From Daphnia carinata (Eukaryota), in NCBI RefSeq assembly GCF_022539665.2, contig NC_081331.1, positions 12,772,001 to 12,836,000 on the forward strand: DNA of 64,000 bases, given 5' to 3'. Position 1 is the first letter of the stretch. Each line of letters starts with the position of its first letter. Positions 23,954-36,724 of the stretch are shown here, piece by piece. The notes beneath the pieces are model-generated. The model was given only the letters and a program-made list of their open reading frames with translations. It made no database searches and had not been told where the DNA came from. Made by a program: the position numbers and the translations under genes.

Positions 23954-26900
23954 ATCGTGCGATTGAATATATACTGCCATTGATTCCTACCTTCTCTTTC
24001 CCACTCTACAAATCAAACGTCTGCAGGATGTCGGCATTCAGATCTCACGGAAGATCCATTTCATACGTCGAACTTCGAATCCACTAGAGAATCTAATATT
24101 TTTTAATCAATTTCCAAAGTCGATTTTATGTTCCATACTTGTGCTTACCACGACAAACGAATTTAAGAAACAAAAAACAAAAAACAAAAAAAAACGAAAT
24201 GATAAATTATTTTGTAACTCTATAACGTTTTCCATAGTTTTCACCATCGGCCACTGCTGATGTAAACATTATTGGATTGTAGTTTCATTTTTATAAACAT
24301 CTATCCAGGGTCAAACACGTTGGATACACCGAGTTGCTTTGTCTCATTTTTTATCACATCGCTTTTCTTGTAACGTGTAAGCCTCGGCCAATAAACCATC
24401 GCATCGCGTAACCGCTTCGACAACATATAGAATTTGAGGGGCGATAAGAAAATTCTGTATTAGAGACACAATCCACCGAGTATGCGATGATGGTGCGTCT
24501 GAGCAGCACATTACATTCGGGAAAATGTTCAGCAATTCAGATTTAGAAATTCGATACACGTTGTCTGTACGGATCTTATTTTAGGCTTTTGATGCCCCAT
24601 ACATCAGAGACGTGTTGAGTTGAAAATAGTTGCCCTGTCGCTGTTTCCACTTTCCCTTCTCTCGGCGTTGAAAAATCGCATACTAACATCATCTCCTATA
24701 GCGATCGATTTTTCCAGAAACTTGTTCTTTTTCCCCCTTCCAATCCATCACCAAAGGAAATCAGCCCTAGAATAGCGCAAAATATGACAAGACATCAATG
24801 TTAACTCACGATTCAGTGAGATGCCCTCCTGTATTCGTTGTTCGCTTATCCGTGATCATCTGGACCAATAAGCGATCCGGTCAAGGAATTGTGAAGATGC
24901 TTTCAAAGGAAGTCGTTGAGACGTAAGCAAAATATACGTCTAACTTGTAAGCGCTCTTCGGAATGCAGACAGCACTTCTAACACATAATATACTCTCGAT
25001 GGGAAGAGACAGTTGGACAACGAGGCCGGTAAGGAAGAAAAAGAAAGGAAGAATTTGCTCTGATCTGCTCGGCAAAGAATCGTACCGCCATGCAAGAGGA
25101 ATTCGCAATAGATTTACTCGGTTCAGCCAGTTCTATCCAATTACTTGCACGGAATCGATTTGCTGTTCTCCCTTCGATTTTTTTCTTGAGAAATATGCAA
25201 CGCTTATTTTTCAATTTTGATTTTGCACCGAGCTATCAAGTCAATCGACTACTGAGGCGTCGCAATAAAACAAAAAACTCTTCTTTTGTTCGTGATTGCA
25301 CCGAACGGTTGTACCGTGTTCTTTCTTGCGTGTTAACAAATGGCCGCGATCACGCAGGAGCTTGGCAGCTGCAAGAGCGACTAGAGTGACGATACCAAAT
25401 GTTTGTTTTCTCAACCACGTAATGAGTCAAACGAAAAGAGTAGAAATAAAACAGAAAAAAAGTCATTAGCGACAAAGACACGTACGTCTGTGCTTCATCA
25501 TTTTGCACCACTTGGTTTCAAGGTGTTTACCTCTATGCATCTACTGCTCCCCTGTTCGCGAGTTCCTCTCGTGTCTTTGATGAGAATCAGAGCTTCATCG
25601 AAAGCCGAGAAATGTCAAACATCCGTACAAGCACATACATAGTGATTTCCGGTTATGAAAGATATACGTACTCACCCGTCAAATTAAAACTTCCAAGATC
25701 GTTACTCGAGAACTGCTGAGGACAACATGAAGTGCTTACGTAACACGTTCGTTACCTGATAAAAGATGCTAGTACTCGTAATTAGATTCCTGTTTTCCGT
25801 CGCATTGGACACCCTTTCTAATTGTGCACAACGATAAAAGAAACTCCGTGTTGATTATTTAAGATTATATTTAGGGAAGAACATCAGGGCAAGTCGTCTG
25901 TGAAGACGGGAACGTTTTCGTTTATTTTACGCTTACTAGTCCTGGAACATGCGCAGTTTTAAACTGGATTTTTTTGCGATTCATCCGTATATCAAAATGC
26001 GAAAGCGATGGCGAAAAAGTGCCACGTCAATTGCTAAGAACAAAGTCAACGTGAAACGATTAAGTCGACTGAGACTTCCAATGAAAACCATTCGGCGATA
26101 GACTGGAAAAGGCTGTGCTGCCAGCAGGCGCGCAATATCCGAAAAGAGACTGCGTTATATTTACATTTGCGTATGTAAACGTTTATTTGCACGATACCGA
26201 GAAAAATGCGCTCATGTGACACAAGCGTTTTGCATCTGTCTCCAAGTCGTTTAGTAAACAGATCGCAAACCGACCGTCTTCAACTTGTATTCAGCGCCAA
26301 AACTGGTGATTCACGAAGATTCCACATCCAGCTGACACGACGCTGCGCTGAACGACGACACAAGTCAAGGCTCAAGCGTTTCGTTTGCGAAGTCTATTGT
26401 CCCGAACGATTGTTATGGCGGTTAATCAACACCGTTCCAGTTAGCCCTAGTCAATTAGCCGATTTAAATTTTAATTGAAATTTGTACACAGAATTTATTG
26501 TTTTTTGGTTATAGAACTTAAGGGATTAGCTGTTCAGTGCATGTAAAGCATATAAGAGGCAAGACGACTCTTTAATTAGATGGACGTGACCTGTGCCTAG
26601 CGGTTTCTGTAGCAAAAAAAACATCACAGCCGCTAAATTGTATTTATGGACCTGTAGTTCTTTGAATCGCATGGCCAATCGATTCAGCGTGAGGCATACA
26701 TTGCAGGTCTCGCCTCTGCAATATTTGAGGTTCGTTGAACCACCTTGCCGAAACATGAAAGAAAACTTTTCCTTGCTCCCTCCGTAAATATTTAATAACA
26801 AAAAATATAATCATATGATTAAATTAGATAACGGGAAGCGTTGGCGTAACCACGTTACTTGCAGGTTGCTTTTATCGCTAGTCTTCTGCAGATGGTAAAA

Positions 26901-28866
26901 GTATTTCACGCAACTAAAAGGAATTTGATTAGATCGCCATTTGAACAAAACAACCAATTAAGCTATAGTTGCCCAACACTCATGATCAATTAGACCATGC
27001 AGTACAGTTAACTATTTTGTTTCGAAAAATGGCGATAAAAACATAAATTAGTCATAAAGGGCTTGTCCCGTATGATAAGCGTATTTGGGGCCAACATAAA
27101 ACTCGTTCGCCAAACTTTAGTAAAAATTGATTTCGACTGCGTACCACCAAAAGTAAGAGATTAGTGACTTTTTGTTGATAATAAAACCCGCTGTGACATA
27201 GAACGAATGACTTTGGATCCCACTCCATAAGCTGACAAGAGTTGTTGCCATTTTTCTTTAATTGCCTACTTCCAGCAAATACATTTTTAAAAATTTAGTA
27301 TGATATGAGGTGCTACTACTTCCCGTTGAGACTTTATTATTTGTGTTTACCTGGACACATACAGAAACTTGTGAACTTCAGACACTTAAATGGGGTATAC
27401 ATTCAAGCCTCTTTCAATCAGGTGCGACTTCGTACTCAAGGAGTCGGACGTAACTCTCGGAAGCCTCGTTGAATTGCGTTGAGACGGTCGGAACTTTCGG
27501 GAGTTCTTTCAATTTCTCGTTCGGCTATCCATAGACCCAGACCCATCTAGCGCTGGTTACACCGGTGTCGATGCTTGGAGTCGCAAAAAATTTGACCAAG
27601 TTGACAGCAAGCGCAACTGTCGCTATAGTCTGCCCAAATAACTTAATATACAGAAGATGTACTCGATCGATTAACATTTCCAACTCCGTCACCCAGAACA
27701 ATGGAGTGGGATAAGTAGGAACTCATTTCGAGTAATAAAAGTCAATACAAAATGGTAGTATGTTTAAGAAAGAATTTTATTGATCGAAAGCAAGAAAATG
27801 TATGGGGAATTTTGGGCAGCAGAAAAATGTTAAAGAAAAAATGGAAAATTTAGTATAGCAAAGAACAACGAAACCTTGATTAACTCTCTCCACGTACACG
27901 CACATCCAGAACCGGTCCGACTCATTTAAGGATAAAATCCCCCGTCAACGTAGCTGATCACTGACGTGGAGGTGAAAACTACCTCCAACACTCTGCCATC
28001 ACTACGAGACATTCAACTCTCGTAGTGGTCCCCTTGCGGCGAGTGCACGCAGGTAGGGAGATGGCAATATTGCTCACCATCCCGCCACTCGCGCGCAAAC
28101 TTGTACCGCGAAGAAGACAATTGGAACAGAAGTGCTACATGATTGGTAGGTCCCACGCACGGCAGCAAAAACAACTCCGTTACGGGTTCGTCGGCCAGTT
28201 CCTTCAGATTGTGGGTGGAAGACAGCGTCATCAAGGTTAAATGAATACAAAAATCAAGCCGAAATACAATATGTACAAGAATTTTGGTTCGCTGTCTTTG
28301 CTATTTTTTAAAAAGGGGGAATTTAAACGATTGTTCTGAGGACACAATTAAAACCGGAATAGAATGTACAAAAATTTTGACTTACTGTTTTCTGCTACGT
28401 TTAAATCAAAGGAAAAGGGAAAGAAAACAAATGCTCAATGAAGCGGACTGTGAAAGACAGAATGAAACCGAAAAAACAAATGTACAAAAATTTTGATTTT
28501 CAGTTTTTTTTAGGGAAAAAAAAACGAAAAGAAAAAAAAACGCTCAATGAGCGGGTTGTTCTGGGGAAGTGAATTTCCATCCATTGACTGTTCGCCTACT
28601 GCGAGTGAAAACTTCAAAGGCACACTCGTGTCGGACGGGAACAGGAGAATGTTCCTCTGCGGGCTCAACAATCGGTGTAGGTAAGTCACAAATCTCGATG
28701 GAAGATGAATGTTTGGGTCTCAGGATCCGGATCGTACTATTCGTTGGTTTGGTACAAGGGACTTGGAAATTGCGTCTACTACACAAGGATCTTGTGTAGC
28801 GGCCAACAGCAGTGCACCGGCTCGGCTCAACGTCCACTTTGCCGTCCGTAGTTCACGTGCTTTAAC

Positions 28867-29994
28867 CTATTCTACCTTGTCAGTTTGTTCTCCGGCCTGT
28901 TGCAGAGCTCTCTCTGCCCGCTCCTGCGCTCTCTTAGCCAAACGTCGTTGGTAACTTTTGTTCCACAGGGCTTTATTGGGACGTTTAACTCGAACAGGCC
29001 GAACGGGAGCGTCAGCGACCACCACATCTGCGGCAACAGCGACCACTTCCTCGACAGCTACCTCCACCAACTGTTCGCTTTCAGCGGGAGCAGCAACACT
29101 TCCGTGCTGGATGGGAACAGGAGAAGCTTCTTCACTAGCGGGCTCAGCAGCCGTGGTAGGTAAGTCGCAAACCTCGATGGAAGAAGGTTGGACCTCAGCG
29201 TTCGGAGTATCCTCTTCAACGGTGTGAACAAGAGGTTCAGAAATTGCGTCCACTGCACAAGGTTCTGGAACAGCGGCCAACGGTACCGACGCCTGGGATG
29301 GATCTTCACAAGTTACAAGTTGTTGGGCAGCTCTCTCTGCCCGCTCCTGCGCTCTCTTAGCCAAACGTCGTTGGTAACTTTTGTTCCACAGGGCTTTATT
29401 GGGACGTTTAACTCGAACAGGCCGAACGGGAGCGTCAGCGACCACCACATCTGCGGCAACAGCGACCACTTCCTCGACAGCTACCTCCACCAACTGTTCG
29501 CTTTCAGCGGGAGCAGCAACACTTCCGTGCTGGATGGGAACAGGAGAAGCTTCCTCGCTAACGGGCTCTACAGTCGGCACGGGAACGGATGCATCTTCGT
29601 CATCGGCTGGTACAGCGGCCAAAGGCAGCTTGCAGCACGATTCACCTGATGCGTTTCCACAGGTTGCTTGTTGAAGAACCAATCTTTCCGCCCTCTCCTG
29701 CGCTCTCTTTGCTAAGCGCCGTTGGTAACTCTTATTCCATAGGGCCTTGTGCGGCCTCTGGGCCTTTCGAGCTTTCGCTGCTGGAACTTCCGGGACTGCG
29801 TCGGGTTCCTCGACATCTTGCGATGGAACGATGTTATCGCCAATTGAAAGAGCTTCATCGGAATCGTCAATTGGTAGAGCGGGGGCTCTTGCCTTGACGT
29901 ACGCCTTCCAACCGAGCCAACCGACCGCAGCAACTCCAGCTCCAACTGCCACTACGCCAATCACTCTTGCAGGAAACTTCACGAAAGAAGACAT
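28867..29994 (-). CDS. Intronless orphan protein with N-terminal membrane anchor and internal acidic/basic repeats (~375 aa)
   Basis: Long open frame from ATG 29994. Hydrophobic VIGVVAVGAGVAAVGWLGW followed by KAYVK, and three copies of RP(H/N)KALWNKSYQRRLAKRAQERAER. No family recognised. Confidence 0.7.
   Translation of the reverse strand: MSSFVKFPARVIGVVAVGAGVAAVGWLGWKAYVKARAPALPIDDSDEALSIGDNIVPSQDVEEPDAVPEVPAAKARKAQRPHKALWNKSYQRRLAKRAQERAERLVLQQATCGNASGESCCKLPLAAVPADDEDASVPVPTVEPVSEEASPVPIQHGSVAAPAESEQLVEVAVEEVVAVAADVVVADAPVRPVRVKRPNKALWNKSYQRRLAKRAQERAERAAQQLVTCEDPSQASVPLAAVPEPCAVDAISEPLVHTVEEDTPNAEVQPSSIEVCDLPTTAAEPASEEASPVPIQHGSVAAPAESEQLVEVAVEEVVAVAADVVVADAPVRPVRVKRPNKALWNKSYQRRLAKRAQERAERALQQAGEQTDKVE
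28906..29553. repeat. Internal direct repeat, period 423 bp (141 codons); 28906-29130 matches 29329-29553
   Basis: Direct comparison shows ~225 bp apparently identical, with more diverged partial copies at ~29680-29760 and ~28630-28810. Confidence 0.92.
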
Positions 29995-30588
29995 TTTCGA
30001 AATCAATTCAGGCGTTCTCGATCACTATTAAGGATTCGGATCACTGTTCAACGGTTTTGAATCACTATTCGATCGTATAGATTGCTATAGTGCACAAAAA
30101 GTAGATACAAATTTCATTTTTTTAACGTTGCTTTATCCTTCGGGCGTCCACTAGCCAACTCGTAAATTGAATTTCGCTCTTTGAAATGAATTTTAAATTG
30201 TTTCTTCACATCGTAAAATAGAAGGAAGTGCTGATTTACAATTCCATAATTTAATCAAACATTGTTCAATAATTTTACTGACTTTTTTCTAAATCGGTAT
30301 AATTCCTTTATTTAACAGAAACCCATTTCAAAAAATACTTTCCCACCTTGTACACTAGCACATTTTTTTTCTGCGCCATGTATTTTATACTAATATTTCC
30401 AAGCTGTATTCCGCATATTTTATTTTTGAAAATGTTGATATTTCATATTTAAGTGATCGTATCCAATAGATGTGACCAAATCAATGCTTGTCGTCGTCTG
30501 CTCGACAATCTACAAAGCTTGTGTTTTGAATTTCTAAGAGCGTTACGCGAGCCCCCACGAATCTCAGATTTCTACACAGATCGGAATA

Positions 30589-31866
30589 ATGTGTTGGTAT
30601 TTACTGCTTATATTTGGGATTTGGATCTTCGTCTCCTTCTTGACATACAGATTTTTGATACAAAAGAAGAATTTATTTCTAAAAGAAGTTTTCTTTAAGA
30701 AGCCCAGCAATGTCTTGTTTGTCATTGCGCATCCGGATGACGAGTATGTTTTTTCGTAGAAATAAAATTTAAATAACTTTTTTATATACTTACATTATGC
30801 TCTTATATCTGTGTTACATACATATGCTATAGATGCATGTTCTTTGGACCATCCATCAGAGCAATGGTCCAACCAGCATTAAGTAATTCATCAACTAGAA
30901 GAAAGCAAGCAAAGGATATTTACATTCTTTGCCTAAGTGATGGTAACTACTGTACAAAGTGTAGTAACCTGACTGGTTTTATCAGCATTCTTGACAAACA
31001 TCATCTAAAGAAAACTCAGTTTTCTTGTTAAAATATCCTGATGTAGCCATGTTTTTCTTTCTCAAGGCAATTCCAATGGCTTGGGCGAAGCCAGGAGAGA
31101 GGAGTTTAAAAAAAGTTGCAAAATTCTGGGACTTGCAGACTCAAATGTATTAATTCATAAGTATTACCATTGCTCCAACAAATTAACTCATTTGTATTCA
31201 TAATGTTCTACAATTGCTATGAACAGTGGCCCGATGTTCTTTGAAGATAATCCTGACTCTGTTTGGGATTCCAAAGCAATAGCTGACACTCTAAATCTTT
31301 ACATTAAACAACTGAACATTGACAGTGTGAGTGCATGGGAAACTTTTGTAATACTAGTTTTTGCATTTTAACACCCCATTTCTTCTCAAGATCATTACCT
31401 TTGATGAGGATGGAATAAGTGGGCATCTTAACCATAAATCAATATACCATGGAGTGCTACAACTGATGAAAAATAGCAAAAGAAGAGGTATTATTTTATA
31501 CCCTGATTATGATAAGTTTTTCAGGCACTAATCGTTTTGAACCAATTTTGGTAATGCTAATAGTCGCTGTTCGTGTTTTCATTTTGGAAACGGTAAACGT
31601 CTTCCGAAAATATTTGGGGTTTATCGACTCCGTCTTTATTAAACCGAATGCGTTGATTTGCACGAGTGACTGGACTAATAGAACAAAAATTCAGGTATTC
31701 CGATTTTTTAAATAACATGAACACTAATTCAAATATGACGGTATGAATCGTTTTGTAGAATGCGATGGCAGCTCATAAAAGTCAATATGTTTGGTTTCGA
31801 CGATCGTACATCATATTTTCAAGATATTTAGTTTTTAATACGTTCGTTCCTCTGGAAATTTATTAG
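30589..31866 (+). CDS. PIGL: N-acetylglucosaminyl-phosphatidylinositol de-N-acetylase (PIG-L)
   Basis: N-terminal TM then VLFVIAHPDDE|CMFFGP, LCLSDG, GLGEARREE, ITFDEDGISGHLNH, LETVNVFRKY, AMAAHKSQYVWFRRSYIIFSRY; TAG at 31864-31866. Confidence 0.93.
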
Positions 31867-32702
31867 CTTATGATATTGTTGCAAATATTTATCATTGGGC
31901 TACTGTCATTTAAAGCTTCATGTTATACCAATTTGCGGCACAGTTCGACATGGTGAAATTCGTCTACCCAGACTCTTTGTATCCGTTATTTTCATAATCT
32001 TGTACCCCTTAACAAAATTCCCCTTAACTTAATACCTAGTTATTTTCACTGAAATAATATTCATGTAACACACAATAAGAATAGCTGTGTCTAGAAATTT
32101 ATGTTGAATCTCATACTCAAATAGCAGTATACAAATTATTCTTTAATGTTAACATTCATGTCTGAGTGAATTTCCTTTATCTCCTGTATGTTCGCCTAGC
32201 TTAAAAAAAGTTTTTCCTGGCAGAAAACGCTAAAAACATTGTTACTTAATTTCCAAAGCAGTGGTAAACAGTGCAATGAACATTTCCGTCTAATAGTGCG
32301 ATGGCAATGTCAGACAGTCATACAATTGCTGGGTTCAACAAGTAAAGAGGGCGCCATCGAAGATTCTTTGAAAACAATTGCCAAGGAAACGAATATGGAA
32401 TTTACTGCGTGATGCATGTTGAAAGAAAGAAGCAAATGGAAAATAATTATTTTGTTTCGTGCTTTAGTTTCTTTCAATCTCACTAGGGATGTTTTAGATC
32501 GAAAAAAGAAAAAACTGCGTCGTCTGCAGTCAAGCCTGTTTTGCTTCATTTTCCGTTGTTTTGTACCCATTGAAACCTGGAGGAAATTTGTCATACCATG
32601 CTTATTCAGTAAATGGAGTGAACCAAAATGAAGTTGTTTTCTGAACAAAATAATTGTTAGATTTGAAACCTTTTCAACAAGTTTAAGTCGTGGCGTGTTA
32701 AA

Positions 32703-35452
32703 ATGAATTTTCGCCGAAAGCACAAATCTTCAAAATGTTTTCCCGTCAAAATCCTTACCCTAGACGCACAACTTGAATTCAACTTAGAGGTTTTTCAAAA
32801 ATGTAATTATATATACTTCTTTTGAATCAAACTATCAAAATCATTCTTCTAGTGTAAAGCAAATGGAAGAGATTTGTTTGATCTTGTGTGCCGAACTATT
32901 GGATTGAGGGAGACCTGGTACTTTGGTTTGCAGTATGAAGACTGCAAAGGATTCCTGGCATGGTTGAAAATGGACAGAAAAGGTATGTAAAAACTACAGA
33001 ACTATCAAAAGCAACTGAATAATTAATGCTTATTAATGTAATATCTAGTTCAAGACCAAGATGTGCCAAAAACAACTCCTGTGCCTTTTGTATTTTTGGC
33101 AAAGTTCTATCCAGAGAATGTTGCTGAAGAACTTGTTCAAGAAATAACACAACATTTATTTTTCCTTCAAGTAAAGCAAAGTATACTCAACATGGATATA
33201 TATTGCCCACCTGAAATTTCAGTACTACTTGCTTCCTATGCCTTGCAAGCAAAGGTACATTCTTCTTTATGTATATTGCTATTATGGACTACATTTATCC
33301 CTCTCATTAGTATGGGGATTATGATGAGGCAGCTATGAAACCTGGTCTTCTTGGCACAGAGGATTTATTGCCTAAAAGAGTTCTTGATCAATATCAAATG
33401 ACTGCTGAAATGTGGGAAGAAAGAATCAAAATTTGGTAATAAGTTGGGTTTTCCATTAAACTTGTTCTCTTTCTGAGCTTGATTTCAATTAAAGGTACGC
33501 AGATCACAAAGGTCTAAGTCGCGATGAGGCTGAAATGGAGTATTTGAGAATCGTTCAGGATTTAGAAATGTATGGCGTCAACTACTTCCCTATTAAAGTG
33601 AGTCTACAAAATATCTGTGATAAAAGGATAGTCTTATTCTTAATTTTTACGCAACAGAATAAAAGGGATTCCGAATTATGGCTGGGTGTAACGGCTCTTG
33701 GTCTCAATATTTACGAGCAAGATAACAAATCCGTACCGCGCATTAACTTTCCCTGGTCCGAGATACAAAACATAAGCTATGACGACAAAAAATTTGCCAT
33801 CAAACCAGTTGACAAGACGGCTCCGCCTTTTATCTTTTACTCTGATAAGCACCGAGTGAATAAACTGGTAATCCCAGCTTTAAGAAAAAAAAATTTGTAG
33901 AATGGTAACAGTTTCCGATGGTTCTACTATTCACTAGATCTTAGATTTATGCATTGGAAATCATGATCTTTTCATGCGTCGGAGGAAACCGGATTCTATT
34001 GAAGTGCAACAGATGAAGGCCCAGGCTAAAGAAGAAAAACTTAGGTAAAAATTCTTTAAATTTTTACGTTATTATCAGCCCATATTTAGGGTCATCTTTT
34101 TCCTATTAGACGGCAAGGTGAAAGAAACAAACTTGCACGAGAAAAGCAGCTTCGCGAGACGGCGGAACGTGAAAAAGCAGCTTTGGAACAGCAGTTGATT
34201 CACTTTCAAGAAGAATTCCGCTTAGCCAACGAACAATTGGTATGACTACTTGATAAATATATCAAACAATTGGGTAAAAAATTCTTCTTCTAGAGACGAT
34301 CCGAAGAGTCGGCTGAATTGCTTGCCGAAAAGGCCCGAGTTGCAGAAGAAGAATCGATGTTGTTAACCCAAAAAGCATCAGACGCCGAGCAAGAGTTGCA
34401 GAGGATTCGCCTTTCTGCCATGAAAGTAATTAAATTAGAATTTTTCCTCATTTGGTATGACGATTCCTTTATTCTTTTTGTATGATATTTTATAGACCGA
34501 AGAGGAGAAGCGTTTGTCTCAGCGGCAGTTGCATGAAGCGAAACAAATCGCCTCGAGACTACTAGAAAACTCAGAGCGTTGTGCAGCTGAGGCAGAACAG
34601 CTAAAGGGAGATCTTTTACAAGCCCGTTATGCTGAAACTCAAGCTAAAAAGAAGCTCTTAGAATTCTTAACTACACAAGCCAGTGTTGCAGCTCTACACG
34701 CCGCATCTAGACCCATTACACGTATCCCTACCTCCGCTTCTGTTTTGGTACTTTACAGTCACCGTTTTCCATTTTAACATAACGAATAACCCGATTTCGG
34801 ATTTATAGTCTGTTCCTAACCTGTTTCCGTCATCGAGCTCATCGGTGGCTGGATCAGACCATCATTTACATCATCAGTCTGATCTACAACAACATTTGCG
34901 ACGGCTAGATGATGTTTCAAATGAAGCAAGTCTGCCAGCATATGAGGCACGCCTTCCTATTCCACTGGCTAATCAGCTCACTGGCCTTACTAATCTGACG
35001 GGCTTGAGTAGCAGTGGGTACCTACCAGCAATTGCTGCTTCCGAACTGGTCAACTCTTCAGCCAATTACGACCTTATGACTCACGGAGACATGGAGCAAC
35101 TTTCTCTTGAAATTGAGAAAGAGAGGTATTCGATTAATAGCTTACATTTCGAAATAGCACGTTTAACTTTGGGGTAATTCAGAGTCGAATACTTGGAGAA
35201 ATCCAAGCAGCTGCAGGAGCAACTAAGAGAATTACGCACAGAAATCGAAGTCTTAAAAGTAGGCGAAAAACAAACGCTGTATGACCAGCTACATGAAGAG
35301 CAACTTCGCTCAGGGAATGACAAATACTCAACTCTCAAAAAGGTGCAAACACTGATGGAAATTTTCTTTTAATTTTTCAATAACGTATCTCATTTTTCTA
35401 GTCAAAATCTGGATCGACTGGAGCACGCGTGGCTTTTTTCGAGGAGCTATAG
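32703..35452 (+). CDS. NF2: Merlin / NF2 (FERM domain protein)
   Basis: [65 protein letters not shown] (Merlin blue box), [17 protein letters not shown]-terminus ARVAFFEEL*. Exact start codon less certain. Confidence 0.93.
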
Positions 35453-36680
35453 CTTTAGTCATATTTTAACTTCTGACAATTCTTGTACATATGTTTTAAG
35501 ATTGCTTGACCATTTTCATGGATGCAACGAAGTCTTAATCTGAAATCGCATCGTTGCCCATCTCCATGAAATGTTATCATAATAGACATTAGGGAAATAG
35601 ACTTTTCATTCTAGTAGATTGTGTAAAGTTGGCATAACTTGCACCGAAATCTAGGGTGGCTTCTTTCAGTTACGTAGATATCTAGCCCGCCGGTAACTTT
35701 CTGTGCTACATCAAAAGAAAAGCAAGCAGGCAATGAATAACGGAAGATAGAGGTCAGTATGCATATGGAACATTTTCAAAAAACTTTTCCTCAAACAGGT
35801 AGTCTTTAGCCTCATGCTTTGTTGCCCCCCTGAAATGTTTTTCATTGTGGCAAACAGAAAAGTAAATCATACATTTGTATTCCCGGAGCGATTTCTTTGG
35901 CGTCCAGGTGTAGCCAGTCGTAAGTATTGCATTTTTCTCTTTTGTTTTATGATTTTATCTTTTATTTTTTTGAAATTTAATTTTGTTATTTACTGGTCTT
36001 AGGTTTTATCTCATCTATTACACAAGTGTTGAAGAATGTTAGCCTTGGAAAATACGTTAAACATTCATGATAGAAGAATATAAGATAAGTCAAGGATCAA
36101 TAATCTGTCGATTGACCATTCGGAATTCGTGGAAATACGTTAATTCAAGTTAAAGGAATTTAACTTCGATTTCTGAATTAAAAGGAAAAACCAGGTATCA
36201 ACAATCTTCTTTTACACAGAAAGACAAATGTAAGCATGAAATAGTAACATGAATAACTGATATTTCTTTTGTAGGAAAACAGATAATACATTTTTATTTT
36301 CGTTGTTTATTAATTTATCTAACGGATAATCCTATTTTTTATTAGGTTTTCAACATGCAGTCGTGGTGCGCCCGCTACTACTTTCAGCTGGCACGTCTGC
36401 AAACATCTGATAATCAAAAAGACTGGATAGTTCCTACCTTGCTCACCTTTGTTGGCGCCTGGATTATCTCGAACACAAAAAAACAAAAAATTTCAATACG
36501 CGGTCATAAACAAAGTTTCAAATTTTGTTTGTTGTACCACGAGAACTTTTACAAAAAGTGATAAGTATGTCGATCACATACCGTGTGCCCTGTACTAACA
36601 CGTCAAAGCACAATAGCTAATCATGTTCAAATATTATTCAAGAGCATATATTGATATTACCAAAGTGTTGGAACGGGGTC

Positions 36681-36688
36681 TATAAAAG
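36681..36688 (+). promoter_or_regulatory. TATA box of the secreted M15-like peptidase gene
   Basis: TATAAAAG 44 nt upstream of the ATG at 36725. Confidence 0.6.
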
Positions 36689-36724
36689 ACGAGCACTTTT
36701 CCCTGTTCGCATAACATCTCCAAA

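Noticed and set aside
24344..26801. Scattered 60-100 aa ORFs downstream of the dpr-like gene
   Set aside because: No domains or consistent splice chain recognised.
27390..27641. Short + strand frame with an in-frame TGA (MGYTFKPLSIRC..ELR*DGRNF..) considered as a selenoprotein or pseudogene
   Set aside because: No recognisable family, no redox motif and no SECIS identified; could be chance.
28885..30031. Several + strand ORFs overlapping the orphan gene
   Set aside because: Antisense shadows of a GC-rich repetitive CDS.
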